The notes beneath the pieces were generated by a model. That model was not told where the DNA came from. It saw only the letters and a list, made by a program, of their open reading frames with translations, and did not search any database. A stretch of 64,000 nt of DNA. Source: Azolla caroliniana. Taxonomy: Eukaryota > Plantae > Polypodiophyta. Made by a program: the position numbers and the translations under genes. The stretch spans positions 6,882,001 to 6,946,000 of the forward strand of contig JBHGNT010000011.1 in NCBI GenBank assembly GCA_043228905.1. The letters are read 5' to 3'. Position 1 is the first letter of the stretch; every line of letters starts with the position of its first letter. Positions 40,082 to 52,838 of the stretch are shown here, one piece after another.

Positions 40082-40310
40082 TGACGGGAACTACAAGCTC
40101 CCTATACGCAACGATCGGCCAGAACCGAGCTTCGAATCATGCACAGAAAACGGTGAAAGAATGCACGACACGAAGAAGAGAAGAGTACACAGGATGTTTA
40201 CGTGGAAAATCACAAACTAGGGAAAAAACCACGGCAGCCCACAGGTTGCAAACTATCACTATGTTAGAATGTACAACAGTGAGTTGACGGAGGCAACGAC
40301 CTCGTGCTCA
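40082..40310 (-). mobile_element. Truncated LTR fragment of copia family F
   Basis: Clear homology to 63214-63440. Confidence 0.8.
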
Positions 40311-40442
40311 TGATCATGGTAGTATGGACCCTCTCTCGTTGACAACCCACTGTACACCCCCAAGTGTTTGAAAGGGATAGAGAATCCAACGGAGCGAGCA
40401 ACAATGCCCTAGAATGTGATAGGAGATTTGCCCCGTCCTTCA

Positions 40443-40514
40443 CGCCGTTGCCGGGGATCGAACCCGGGTCACCCGCGTGACAGGCGGGAATACTCACCAC
40501 TATACTACAACGAC
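40443..40514 (-). tRNA. trnD-GTC: tRNA-Asp(GUC), intact
   Basis: Perfect match to array consensus. Confidence 0.93.
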
Positions 40515-42595
40515 ATGTCGGTGTAGTAAGAAAGTATCCTCTGTACTACTGGCTCGGACCATGTACTGGAATGTCGAAAACATGGCCCGGTTTCGTCGCA
40601 AATACAGGTTATGCAAAGCTGTCGAAAACATGGCCCGGTTTCGTTGCAAATACATGTTATGCAAAGTTGTTCGTCCGCATATGAACTGCAATACCCATGT
40701 GTGCACTCGGACTGGATCATGGTAGTATGGACCCTCTCTCGTTGAAAACCCATTGTACGCCCCCAAGAGTTTGGAAGGGATAGAGAATCCAACGGAGCGA
40801 GCAACAATGCCCTAAGAGGATGACAGGAGATTTGCCCCGTCCTTCACGTCGTTGCTGGGGATTGAACCCGGGTCACCCGCGTGACAGGCGTGAATACTCA
40901 CCACTATACTACAATGACATCTTGGTGTTAGAGAATATATCCTCTGTACTACTTTCTCCGACCATGTACCGGAATGTTAAAAATATAGCCCGGTTTCGTT
41001 GCCAATGCATGTTATGTGACGATGTTCGTCCGCATATAAACTGGAATACCCATGTGTGCACTTGGACGAGATCATGGTAGTATAATCCCTCCCTCGCTGA
41101 TGACCCACTGTACGCCCCTAAGGGATAGAGAATCCAACGGACCGAGAAAGAATGCCCTCGAAGATGACATGAGATATGCCACGCCTTTCGCTGCGTTGCC
41201 GGGGATCGAATCCGGGTCACCCGCGTGACAGGCGGGAATACTCACCACTATACTACAACACCATGTTGGTGTTGGAGGAAGTTTAGTATAGTGGTGAGTA
41301 ATACTTGTTCGGATCATGTACCGGAATTTCGAAAACATGGCCCGGTGTCGTCGCCAATAGATGGTACGTGACGATGTTCATTCTCATATGAACTGGAATA
41401 GCCATGTGTGCACCTGGACGAGATCACGGTAATATGTACCCTGCCTCGCTGACGACCCACTATATGCCCCCAGGTTGTCGTAAGGGGTATAAAATCTGGT
41501 GGTAAGAGAAAGAATGGCCTAGAAGATGACAGGAGATTTGCCCCGCCCTTCGTACCGTTGTCGGGGATCGAACCCGGGTCACCCGCGTGACAGGAGGGAA
41601 TACTCTCCACTATACTACAACGACATGTCGGTGTTGGAGAATGTATCCTCTGTACTAGTGGCTCAGACCATGTACTGGAATGTAGAAAACATGGCCCGAT
41701 TTCGTCGCAAATACATGTTATGCAAAGCTGTTCGTCCGCATATGAACTGCAATACCCATGTGTGCACTCGGATTGGATCATGGTAGTATGGACACTCTCT
41801 CATTGACAACCCACTGTATGCCCCCAAGTGTTTGAAAGGGATAGAGAATTCAATAGAGCGAGCAACAATGCCCTAGAAGATGACAGGAGATTTTCCCCGT
41901 CCTTCACGCCATTGCCGGGGATCGAACCCGGGTTACCTCCGTGACAGGCGGGAATACTCACCACTATACTACAACGAAATGTTGTTGTTGGAGGATATAT
42001 CCTCTGTACTACTTGCTCCGACCATGTACCGGAATGTCGAAAATATAGCCCGGTTTCGTCGCAAATGCATGTTATGTGACGATGTTCGTCCGCATACGAA
42101 CTGGAATACCCAAGTGTGCACTCGGACGAGATCATGGTAATATAGTCCCTCCCTCGCGGACGACCCACTATTTTAAAGGGATAGAGAATCCAACGGACAT
42201 GAGATTTGGCCTCGAAGATGACATGAGATTTGCCATGCCCTTCACGTCGTTGCCGGGTATCGAACCCAGCTCACCCGCGTGACAGGCGTGTATACTCCCC
42301 ACTATACTACAACGAGATGTTGGTGCTGGAAGAAGTATCCCTTATACTACTTGCTCGAATGTACCGGAATGTTGAAAACATGGCCCGGTTTCATCGCAAA
42401 TACATGTTTTGCGAATATGTTCGTCCGCATATGAACTGTAATACCCATGTGTGCACTCGGACGAGATTATGGTAGTGTAGGCCCTCGCTCACTGACAACC
42501 CACTATATGCCACCAAGTGTTTGAAAGGGATGGAGAATCCAACGGAATGAGCAGGAATGCCCTAGAAGATGATAGGAGATTCTCCCCGTCCTTCG

Positions 42596-42667
42596 CGCCG
42601 TTGCCGGGGATCGAACCCGGGTCACCCGCGTGACAGGCGGGAATACTCACCACTATACTACAACGAC
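42596..42667 (-). tRNA. trnD-GTC: tRNA-Asp(GUC), intact
   Basis: Perfect match to array consensus. Confidence 0.93.
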
Positions 42668-42879
42668 ATGTTGCTGTTGGAGGATATATCATTTGTACTA
42701 CTTGCTCGGACCATGTACCGGAATGTCGAAAATATAGCCCCCAAGTGTTTGAAAGGGATAGATAATCCAACGGAGGTAGAAAGAATGTCCTAGAAGATGA
42801 CAGGAGATTTGCCCCGCCCTTCGCGCCGTTTTCGGGGATCGAGCCCGGGTCACCCGCAACCTATACTATACTACAACGA

Positions 42880-45800
42880 TGTTGAGCGGCAAGCTGAATA
42901 ATCCTTAGCCGGCAAGCGAGACGGATCGGTATGCTATGAGCAACAGAGCCGGCAAGCAACAGAGCTGGTGAGCTGGGGAGCCGGTTAGCCGGATCAAATC
43001 AGTAACCGGAAGCCTAGTATTAGCGTAGTCTACTAGGCAATTATAGTCTCGTAGTAAGTGTCAGATGCTCGTGTGAGCATTGAAGTGTGTGGTACTTCTG
43101 TTAGTCCCACGAGGAGTTGTATAAATAATGCTATTGACCATAGTTGTATGTACAAAGTGTTTTTTCAGTTTTTGAATATAGCCTTGAAGTTCTGCTCTCT
43201 CTGTCTCTCTCGTGTACTCTGTGTATTCCCTACCTTCTCTATTTTCTAACGCTTCCACAAGTAATCGTTTACATGGTATCAGAGCGCAAGGGTTGAGAAC
43301 CTCTACAGCCGACAAACGCTTGAAAGCAAACCCTAACAGGTTCTAAAACAACAAAAAAAGAAGTGATGGATAGAGGGATGGGTAGCTCGCTCCCTGTGGA
43401 GAAACTCGACAGATCCAACTATGCATCTTGGTCATATAAGATGCGCCAGTACCTGCTTGGGCATGGTTACTGGAGTTTCGTCGAAAGAGCCAATGAAACA
43501 ACACCTGATGCGACACATAAGGACTTCCTAGTGTGGGAACAATAGGCAAGAAGAGTGATGTACTACTTCGCGTCCAGTGTCGGAGACTAGCTGCTGAGCC
43601 ACATCTGAGATGTCAAGACGCCGAAGGAGGCTTGGGGGAACTTGAAGAAGGTTTTCCCCGCGAGCACTACAACCCGGAAGCTACAACTCTGACAGGAGTT
43701 GAGCAATGTCCGACAGAAGGACATGTCAGTGGCGGATTACACGGCCCGGATCAAAGAGATCTGTGACTCGCTTGCCTCTATCAACGTTACCGTAGAGGAA
43801 GAAGAGATGGTACAGGTCTGTCTTGGGGACCTAGCATCTAAGTTCAGAGCGTTCCGAACGACAGTGTGTACAAGGGAGAATACGCCGTCATTTTTCGACT
43901 TACATTCGATGCTCCTTGTAGAGGAGAACCACGCCTGAGCGTCAACTAGCGCACCCAATGACAGCCGGATGTTGTACATGGAGGCAGATTGGTCCCCTGG
44001 GCGTGGTGAACGAGGCGGGTCGGCATGCAAGGGAGGTGGCCGGCAAGAGCAAGAACGAAGGCATAGAGAACTTGCCGACAGCGGTTCCGGGACTCCCACA
44101 GGCAGGGGGAGTCATGGCGACACCGAAAGAAGCCAAGAGAAGTCAGCAACGAAATGCTGGTACTATGGCAAAAAGGGCCACAAAGAAAGTGAGTGCTGGA
44201 GAAAACTAGCCGATTCGGACAAATCCGGATCCGGCAAGGCTGACAAGGCTGGCTGAGAAAGCTCGCACTACGCGAAGGGATCGGGAGGATCCAAGAACGG
44301 CAACGGGCCAGCCTTGGTGATGATGCACGAGGCGAACTTGATGAAGAAAACCACTTCCAAATCGGAGGAAGTGTGGTATGTTGATTCCGGTGCATCGAAG
44401 CACATGACGAACCACAAAGAGTGGTTCTCCTTTTTGGAGAAACCGGATCAACTAGGAGTAGTCGAAACCGGAGATGACACTCCTCACCCAAGAATGCATG
44501 TCGGAGAAGTCCCTTTGTGCCACGTCTAACAGAAGGGGAAGCTGATGATCGTATTACATGTTCCAACAATCATGAAGAACCTGGTGTCCGTCGGACAGAT
44601 CGTCGACCAAGGGATGCAGGTGCGGTTTACGCACCTCGGGTGCTTCATCGAGGAAGAGGGCCATATTATTGCGTAAGGGCGTAGAGACGGGAGGATGTTT
44701 ATCCTCGACACCAATGACGTCGGCACTGCTCTGTTTGCAAAAGGACAGAAGGTCGAATCAGACATTGACCTGTGGCACAAGCGGATAGGCCACGTCAATT
44801 ACCGGAGGCTTCCATTCCCCACCAAACATAAACGGAGCCGTAACAAGCTCGACCTTATCCATTTGGATGTGTGGGGACCGGCACAGAATGTTACTCTTGG
44901 CGGGAGTCGATATTTCGTCTCTTTCATCGACGACTATACGCGGCACACATGGATCTACCTCATTGAACGGAAGAGTGAAGTCTTCGAGTGTTTCCGGAGT
45001 CTCCAAAGCATGGTGGAACGGGAATCGGAGAGGAGGATCAAATGCCTGCGGTCAGATGGCAGAAAAGAGTAATTTTGTGGCCAATTCAACAGTTATCTGC
45101 AGCAAAAGGGAATTCAGCGAGAGTTCAGCTGCAGATACACACCGCAACAGAACGGTGTTGCCGAAAGAAAGGAAGAACCGGTCAGTTATTGATGCGGAAA
45201 GGGTAATGCTGGAGGAGAAGAGCATGCCCAAATTCTACTAGACGGAGGCAGTCTGAACAACTTTCTACATTCAGAACCGGATTGGTGACAAGGTAGTTCG
45301 ATGAATCGGCATCGTGGTACTCCTTACCGGCTCTGACTTCCGAATCCGACCCGGTGCCGGTGGATGAGGCTAGTGAGCCTGAACCGGCCTAGGTAGAGGA
45401 TGATGAAGCGTGTACTCAGGATGAGAGTCCGGAATCATTCTGGTTGAGTGGGCCAAACAAGAGACTGAGTCAATCTGACCAGTCCGATGAGGAACCAGCG
45501 AGTAGTGGAGACTCTGTCGTGCACTCCCCGCGCAAGGAACCGAGGCGACGGTTCACGCGCAAAGAGAAGGGGAAGATGAAGATGCCACAATTTGAAACCG
45601 GCAAAGATGAGGCAGATCAGTGTGCATCCGACTCTAGCAAGGAGAAAGGCGGATCTTCAGCAACGAAGACCGAACCGGCCAAGAAGGGTCTCAAACCGGT
45701 TAACGGTGAGTTACGTTGGTCCACCCGCGAGAAGGATCCCGTCAAGCGGTACGGGTACAATAAGTACATGGCGCATCACTATGCGTACATGACTAAGGTG

Positions 45801-46501
45801 GCGGAAGAGCGTGAGCCGAAGAGCTACGCAGAAGGGGCCAAGGACACCAATTGGCGTGCCACTATGCAGGAAGAAATGCGGGCACTTGATGTCAACAAGA
45901 CATGGGACCTGGTTGACCCTCCTCGTCACTGTAAACCGATCGGATGCAAGTGGATATACAAGGTAAAGTACAACGCCGACGGTTCTGTTAACCGATATAA
46001 AGCCCGATTAGTGGCGAAGGGATACGCGTAGACCCACGGAATCGACTACGACGAGACCTTCGCTTCGGAAGTGAAGATGACGACGGTTCGTGTGGTGCTG
46101 GTGGTTGCTGCAGCAAGGGGGTTGAATAAGCCTTACCCGGCAAGCGAGATGGATCGGTAAGCTGTGAGCAACCAAACCGGCTAGCAACAGAGCCCGTGAG
46201 CTTGGGAGCCGGTTAGCCGGATCGAATCAGTAATCGGAAGCCTAGTATTAGCGTAGACTACTAGGCAATTATAGTCTCGTAGTAAGTGTCAGATACTCGT
46301 GTGAGCATTGAAGCGCGCGGTACTTCTGTTAGTCCCATGAAGACTTGTATAAATAATGCTACTGAGCATACTTGTATGTACAAAGGTTTTTTTTTTTTTT
46401 TGAATATAGCCTTGAAGTTCTGCTCTCTCTGTCTCTCCCGTGTACTCTGTGTATTCCCTACCTTCTCTGTTTTCTAACGCTTCCGCAAGTAATCGTTTAC
46501 A
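42880..46501 (+). mobile_element. Ty1/copia element C, decayed, with most of RT, RNase H and the PPT deleted
   Basis: 5' LTR 42880-43273, PBS iMet, gag, CWYYGKKGH knuckle, WYVDSGAS protease, integrase (IHLDVWGP), RT start, partial 3' LTR ~46123-46501, TSD AACGA (42875-42879 / 46502-46506). Confidence 0.93.
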
Positions 46502-47806
46502 AACGACATGTTGGTGTTAGAGGAAGTATAGTATAGTGGTGAGTACTACTTGTTTGGACCATCTACCGGAATGTTGAAAACATGGCCCGGTGTCGTCGCC
46601 AATACATGTTATGTGACGATGTTCGTTCACATATGAACTGGAATACCCATGTGTGCACTTGAACGAGATCATGGTAATATGCACCCTGCCTCGCTGACGA
46701 CCACTGTACGCCCCCAAGTCTTCGTAAGGGGTACAAAATCTGGTGGAGCGAGCAAAGATTGGCCTAGAAGATGACAGGAGATTTGCCCTGCCCTTCGCGC
46801 TGTTGCTGGGGATTGAACCCAGGTCACCCACGTGACAGGCGGGAATACTCACCACTATACTACAACGACATGTTGATGTTGGAGGAAGTATCCTCTGTAC
46901 TACTTGGTCGGACCATGTACCGGAATGTCAACAACATAGCCCGGTTTCGTCGCAAATACATGTGTGCGAAAATGTTCGTCCACATATGAACTATAATACC
47001 CATGTGTGCAGTCGGACGAGATCATGGTAATATGGGCCTTGGCTCGCTAACAACCCACTATACGCCCCCAAGTGTTTCAAAGGGATAGAGAATACAATGA
47101 TGCAAGCAAGAATGCCCTAGAAGATGACAGGAGATTCGCCCCGTCTTTCGCGCCGTTGCCGGGGATCGAACCCAGGTCACCCGCGTGACAAGCGAGAATA
47201 CTCACAACTATAGTACAACAACATGCTGGTGTTGGAGGGTATATCCTCTGTACTACCTACTGGAATGTCGAAAATATAGCCCGGTTTCGTCGCCAATCCA
47301 TGTTATGTGATGATGTTCGTCTGCATATGAACTGGAATACCCATGTGTGCACTTAGACTAGATCATGGTAATATAGTCCCTCTCTCGCTGACGACCCATT
47401 GTACGCCCCCAAGTGTTCAAAAGGGATAGAGAATCCAGCGGAGCGAGAAAGAATGCCCTAGAAGATGACAGGAGATTTGCCCCGGACTTCGCGCCGTTGC
47501 CGGGGATCAAACCCGGGTCACCCGCGTGACAGGCGGGAATACTCACCACTATACTACAACGACATGTTGGTGTTGGAGGAAGTATAGTATAATGCTGAGT
47601 ACTAGTTGTTCGGACCATGGACCAGAATGTCGAAAACATGGCCCGGTGTCGTCACCAATACATGTTATGCGACGATGCTCGTTCACATATGAACTGAAAT
47701 ATCCATGTGTGCATTGGAGGAGATGATGGTAATATGTACCCTACCTTGTGGACGACCCAGTGTACGTCCCCAAGTCTTCGTAAGGGGTACAAAATCTGGC
47801 GGGACA
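46502..47806 (-). repeat. tRNA-Asp tandem array segment 4 (3 tRNA copies at ~46797, 47150, 47492)
   Basis: Same unit, diverged. Confidence 0.9.
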
Positions 47807-48052
47807 AAGGACGGGGCGAATTTGTTGTCATCTTCTATAGCATTCTTGCTCGCTCCGTTGGATTCTCTATCCCTTTCCAACACTTGGGGGCGTACAGTGG
47901 GTTGTCAGCGAGAGAGGGCCCATCCTACCATAATCTAGTCTGAGTGCACACAGGGGTATTGCACTTAATATGCAAACGAACATCATCCCATAACATGCAT
48001 TAGCGACGAAACCGGGCTATATTTTCGAAATTCTGGTACATGGTCTGAGCCA
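47807..48052 (+). repeat. Inverted partial array unit (spacer only)
   Basis: AAGGACGGGGCGAATTTG...GGATTCTCTATCCC... is the reverse complement of the unit spacer. Confidence 0.88.
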
Positions 48053-48731
48053 ACCCATGTTCTATCCCACTCGAGTAAATTGGTTTTGAAAGCATTCCGC
48101 CAGTTGAGTTGGCGCCTTTGACTTTCAACCTGATTCACTAGCTCTGTGCCCTTTACGCCCAGTAATTCCGAATAACACTTGCCCCCCCCCCCCCCCCCCC
48201 GTCTTACTACTGTTGTTGGCGCGGAGTTAGTCGGGGCTTCTTCTTCGAGTCTTGTCATAATCATGTACTCGACGAAAGAGCTTTACAAGCGGCATTGCCC
48301 TTCCTTGCTAACGCGATGTTTTTCACTCACTCACGCGATATTGCTGGATCGGCCTTTTGCCTATTGTCCAATATTCCCCACTCCTGCCTCCCCACGGAGT
48401 TTGGGCGGTGTCTCAGTCCCAGTGTGGCTGATCGTCCAAAAAGATCAGCTAAGCATCTGTGGCTTGGTCAGCCTTTACGAACCAACTACCTAATACTAGG
48501 CAGGCTCATCAAACAATGCTTTTTAACTTTATCGAAAAGTAGCAAACAAGCAAGCAAGCAAGCAGCAAAGCTGCTTTCGTTTCTTTCAGATTCGGCCCAA
48601 ACTGTTTGGCAGATTCCCACGCGTTACACACCCGTTCGCCACTTTGTCTTCAACTGTTCTATTCACGAAAACAACGTTCGACTTGCATGTGTTAAGCATA
48701 TCGCTAGCGTTCATTCTGAGCCAGGATAAAA
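48053..48731 (-). pseudogene. rrn18: Plant mitochondrial small-subunit rRNA (rrn18) 5' fragment, nuclear insertion (NUMT)
   Basis: Reverse complement reads ATCCTGGCTCAGAATGAACGCTAGCGATATGCTTAACACATGCAAGTCGAACGTTGTTTTCG, ..GGGAGGCAGGAGTGGGGAATATTGGACAAT.., ..GGAATTACTGGGCGTAAAGGGCAC; mutated, with poly-C expansion at 48182-48200. Confidence 0.88.
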
Positions 48732-49642
48732 TTCGGTGTTTGGTAAATTTCTACCATACGAGGTAGGTTGATGAATTCATGTGCAATATTTGAATTTTGG
48801 TGTGACTCTTGGTTGGAGAAGGCCACACCACAGTTGGCCTCTTCTCCATAAGCCAGACCGCCAATGTCAAGGCGAGATCACATTGGTCTAGTCCCCACAT
48901 AGCCAATGGAAGGGTAAGGTGCATCCACTTAGATAGCATTGGGAGGTCGAATGATTGTGGCCACGTCAATCCACTTCTTTTCTTTTCTTGTTGGGCCGCT
49001 AGCAATTGTCTAGCTTTTGCTACCAACTCCCCCATCAGGTCGTCTGACTTTATCGTAGCCGATAAGTAGCGTTAATCTTCTTCATCGCACTGATAAAGCA
49101 ACGGGTTCATCCACCACCTTGGTTCTTCCCCGCAAGCAAGCAAGCAAGGAACTTCCACCATATTATCCATAATTGTTCATCAAGAAGGTCTAGAGCTAGT
49201 TTTCCGATAAGATTCAAGCTACAATTTGAAACACCTTTTCTTCATGAAGCGCAAGAAAACTATGAAAGAAGAAGAAGCGGTAAAAAGTGTAATAAAATGG
49301 CTACCAAAGTTATTCTTTTGAACTTTCAAGAAGGCCTGAATATTCATGGATTATTATACGATAATCTTTACTGCGACTCAGATTGTGGAAAGAATTGAAT
49401 GCGGAAATTTCGAAATTCCGTTGCTAAAATTCAGAAGGATCATGTAAGAAGGCAATATCATCTTCTGGCCATAATCTGCGAATCCAATAAAGCAAAGCAA
49501 AGCCGCACTTTTCTTTTCAGTTTAAACCAAGCCGGTGGCAATCTTGATGAATCACTGGCAAGAAGATGCTTTGCACTTTTCTTTCCACTTTAAAGCAACA
49601 TTCTTTTCACTCAGAAATGGCAAAAGAGCTTGGAAGAAGAAT

Positions 49643-49713
49643 AGGCTAGGGACGGAGTCGAACCGTCATTCCAGGATTTGCAGTCTAATACATTGCCATT
49701 ATGTTACCCAGCT
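49643..49713 (-). tRNA. trnC-GCA: Mitochondrial-type tRNA-Cys(GCA), probably a pseudogene within the NUMT
   Basis: AGCTGGGTAACATAATGGCAATGTATTAGACT-GCA-AATCCTGGAATGACGGTTCGACTCCGTCCCTAGCCT resembles plant mt trnC; stem mismatches. Confidence 0.8.
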
Positions 49714-50949
49714 AGCAGAACATTTTTCTCGCTTAAATGAAGAGAGGCGGGACTCTCATTTAAGGGGGGTGACCTTAGGCCACCCTTTGAAATAAGCTAA
49801 AGCCTTACAATCAATTTCTGCGATGCCATAAAATGTGAACCAACAACGATTTTGGGCAAAATAAGAATTAGTGATTGAAAAAGACCCGCAACTTGCTTGT
49901 ACTGCCCACACGACTTGTTTATGCTTATTAAAGAACCTTTTAATGCTAATTCACAGAAAACTATACGAAGCATACAAAATAACAAATATACGAAACGGAA
50001 GCGACCAAACATTTGGAAATACGTCAATTTCTTATGATTCTATTGTTCTCGGTAAAATTCAAGTGGAATCTTGCCATCCGGGGGCCGATCTCTCCCTCGG
50101 GCGGCGGGCATGTACCGTGCAATTTGAACAACGCTTGAAGTCACTGCTCCCCAACAAACGTGTGAAACCTCATCGGGTCCATGTTATTCGATATGAGATT
50201 GTACCCCGAACACTTTGTGCCCCTCTGTTTCAAAGATTTGGTAGCGGTATTTAAGATAAGGACCTTAGCAATTTGGTAGGTTACCTTCGATCTGTTAAAG
50301 TATAAAGTACGTATCTAAGATTTCTTTCCTGGCCTTCCTCGTATTTGCATATTAGGGGTGCAACCTGACTGCCCTCTCTGGTGCGCTCCATACCACTGTT
50401 TTCTATAGCTTAGACAAGTGGTCGATCCCCAACTCTTTGTCTTTGATCGGTATATTTATAGTGTTTGTCAGGCGCTAACTATATTTGGGGAAGGGTTTCC
50501 AAAGCCTAGACTTATGCTTGGCTGCCGAAATACATACACGACTCGAATAAATAAACAACCCAGGACATGACGATAAATCTGACCAGTTATCTGCGAGAGA
50601 ATGATAATGAGAAAATCTCATAATAACGTAGTTGTGATACTATATGATTTAGTCATGGCTGTTACCCTTTAGTGTCGTTACAGATTTGGGTTTTCGCCCC
50701 CCTTATGACGAAATGTGTATTTTGTACGGTTTGGTGATTACTCTATCTACAGAAGCTTTCATGTAGACGGACGCAATTCTTGGTTTTCATATAATAGAGC
50801 TGATTCTTTGCCCAGAGCCCCGCTCGATACGAGTTCCCTTTAGGCTAATGGTTGTTCCTAGAAATGAGGTTTCTTCGCTGCACGGGTGAGTATTTTTTTT
50901 TCCCTTCCATTCTGGGCGCTCTCTCAAGAGTTCTGCCATCTCTGCTTCC

Positions 50950-51670
50950 GGCTACTTTGCCTTTGATAATAGAGCGGTTACTCCGATGATAGGATTGTCT
51001 ACGTGACGAACATGTTTTAGTCATCGGAAGTCCTTCTCGTTCATTACCGTAGTGGGTGTCTGTTTTTATCAACTTTCCAATTTTGCTACCTGTTAAGCTT
51101 GTCTTTGTTCCTGAGCGTACCTTAGCCTGAAGGTGATTTTCATCCACTTGCTATTTGTTTTCCAGAAAACGCTTCGCATTTCCTATTCTACGGGCCTTTC
51201 TCTGCCACGGTTAAATTTCCGTATTTTTTCTATCACCATTCAATCAAGCTCGTTATGGTAGATACTCACCAGTATCGGGGATATGTTATTCCCCATCTCT
51301 TTTTTTGCGAACAAAGTGGGCAACCTTTCGGGCCACCTTCGGGGCCCTAGCCAACAAGCCGCCTTTGTGGTGTTGAATCTGCATTTGCCCGTGCGTAGTG
51401 TTCTTCAAATAAGTCTCATCAATTTATTGTCTCTGATCCTTCTCCCTATGATTTCGGTTAGTATATGCGAATTGATGGTGCCATAGCAGTTGCTTGTGCC
51501 TCCCCTAATTGCCCACATAGCGGCTTTGAAATTGGTGCGTATCCTTTTGGGTGTAGTACGACACGATTTTCTTTATTAAAACCCGTGTGACATTTTGCTG
51601 AATGTCGGTTCATATACCACTTCCAAAATCATCCTTGGCGCTTCAAGAACGATCTCATCCGGGATTATGT
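50950..51670 (-). pseudogene. Decayed group II intron reverse transcriptase/maturase (mitochondrial type)
   Basis: Manual translation: DEIVLEAPRMILEVVYEPTFSKMSHGF (RT2), WAIRGGTSNCYGTINSHIL (RT3), GNNISPILVSIYHNELD (RT4), LKHVRHVDNPIIGV (YVRYADD-like RT5), in the correct order. Confidence 0.78.
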
Positions 51671-52838
51671 TCAAGGGTCAAGATTCGCTCTATCCATGAG
51701 GAGGAAGGCCTCGTCCATAAGGAAATTTCTCCGTTCTCAGTTCCTCTTAGACTTAGTTAATCTAGTTTGCTGGGGTGCTATCTAACATCTAGCCTAACAT
51801 AGTTGGGGTAGGGCGGTGCGATTAGACGTTACCCACCGCTATGAATGGTGGATCTCTGTCCAAAGTAAGGAATATGGATTGTAATATTTATGTTTTGGAT
51901 TGACCTAGTTTGTTCAATAGATTTAGTTAGGGTAGTTCGGCACCCACGACGTTGGTGTGCAGAGGTTCTTTAACTTGAGTTTCTCCAACTCCCGTAAGCA
52001 TGATGGCGTATGTCTTGAAGTGGATCTCTCTAGCCAGTTGGGCCTTCGGCCCACTACGGCCATTCTTAGTTTGGTTTTGACAGTGCTATCTCAAGGGGCG
52101 CCGAATTAAGGATTATTGAGAGATCTCGTCGAGACCAGGTCACCGTGCATCGCTCACTTAGAATTTAGTGACCTAACTTGAGTGGTTCTTTTTACCGAAG
52201 TAGTAAAGGGCTTTTCGGAATCCTCCCGTTGCCTAGTTGCACCTTTGTTGGGGTCCCCTCTTAAGTAGATCTCTCTCACCTGGCTCTTTGGCGCCTCAAC
52301 TTTACCTCATGGAGTTTTTCTACCGAAATATGAGGCCAAGGGACTCCCCCATGTAGTCAAACTTCAAGTCGCACAATGAAGATTAAGGCCTATTACCCTG
52401 CCATCATCGGCAGTTCATGTAAAGAACTGGTGTGTCATGTATATATCGGCAATTATCTAGTTCAACCTAGAAATCCTTGTTCCAGTAAACACAACAATAA
52501 TTGTAAGGGTCAAGGTCACCTTGCCCATCAAACTAGACATGAAGGTCTCCCCTCATCTGGGTTAATTAGTTATAGCTTCATTGAATTCACCTCGTGCGTG
52601 CGCAATCACCGGATCCGGATAGGAGTTAACTAGAACACTATGCATCTGGACATGATGGTGGTGACATGGAGGAGAGGGATTCGTTTTCGGTTCAGTGCTG
52701 GCTGAATGGCGGCCAGGCCTGATAGTCTTTATCTATCCCAAAGTTCACCCCCTCAAGGCCTTCATGATGAACCGGTTGAACGGAAATGGTCGAGATGTCT
52801 CACTAGCTTACGGACGTGATAAATCTCAATGTCAAGTC

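Larger units (their letters stand above)
38436..42879 (-). repeat. tRNA-Asp tandem array segment 3 (~13 more diverged units)
   Basis: Same unit with more indels. Confidence 0.93.

Noticed and set aside
7309-47806. CRISPR array or protein-coding repeat (many recurring 60-110 aa ORFs such as MVSIPACHAGDPGSIPGNG)
   Set aside because: Spacers are homologous rather than unique and there are no cas genes; the ORFs are spurious translations of the tRNA and spacer
7309-47806. Tandem TRIM/Athila array, because CGCCGTTGCCGGGGA matches the Athila tRNA-Asp PBS
   Set aside because: The whole 72-nt tRNA is present, there is no TGG (CCA complement), and units have no LTR/PPT structure
7309-47806. Tandem tRNA-derived SINE copies or 5S rDNA
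   Set aside because: No poly-A tails or TSDs per unit, perfect tRNAs are present, and no 5S sequence was recognised
48053-48731. Bacterial contaminant or plastid 16S rRNA
   Set aside because: Plant-mitochondrial signature sequence, an adjacent mt-type trnC, and decay in universally conserved positions
48751-49035. Possible gypsy integrase remnant (LPLAMWGLD)
   Set aside because: Only one short motif, with no supporting neighbours
49797-50254. Possible atp8/atp4 remnants (KLTYFQ.., QFEQRLKSLL)
   Set aside because: Similarity too weak to call by eye; needs TBLASTN against plant mitogenomes
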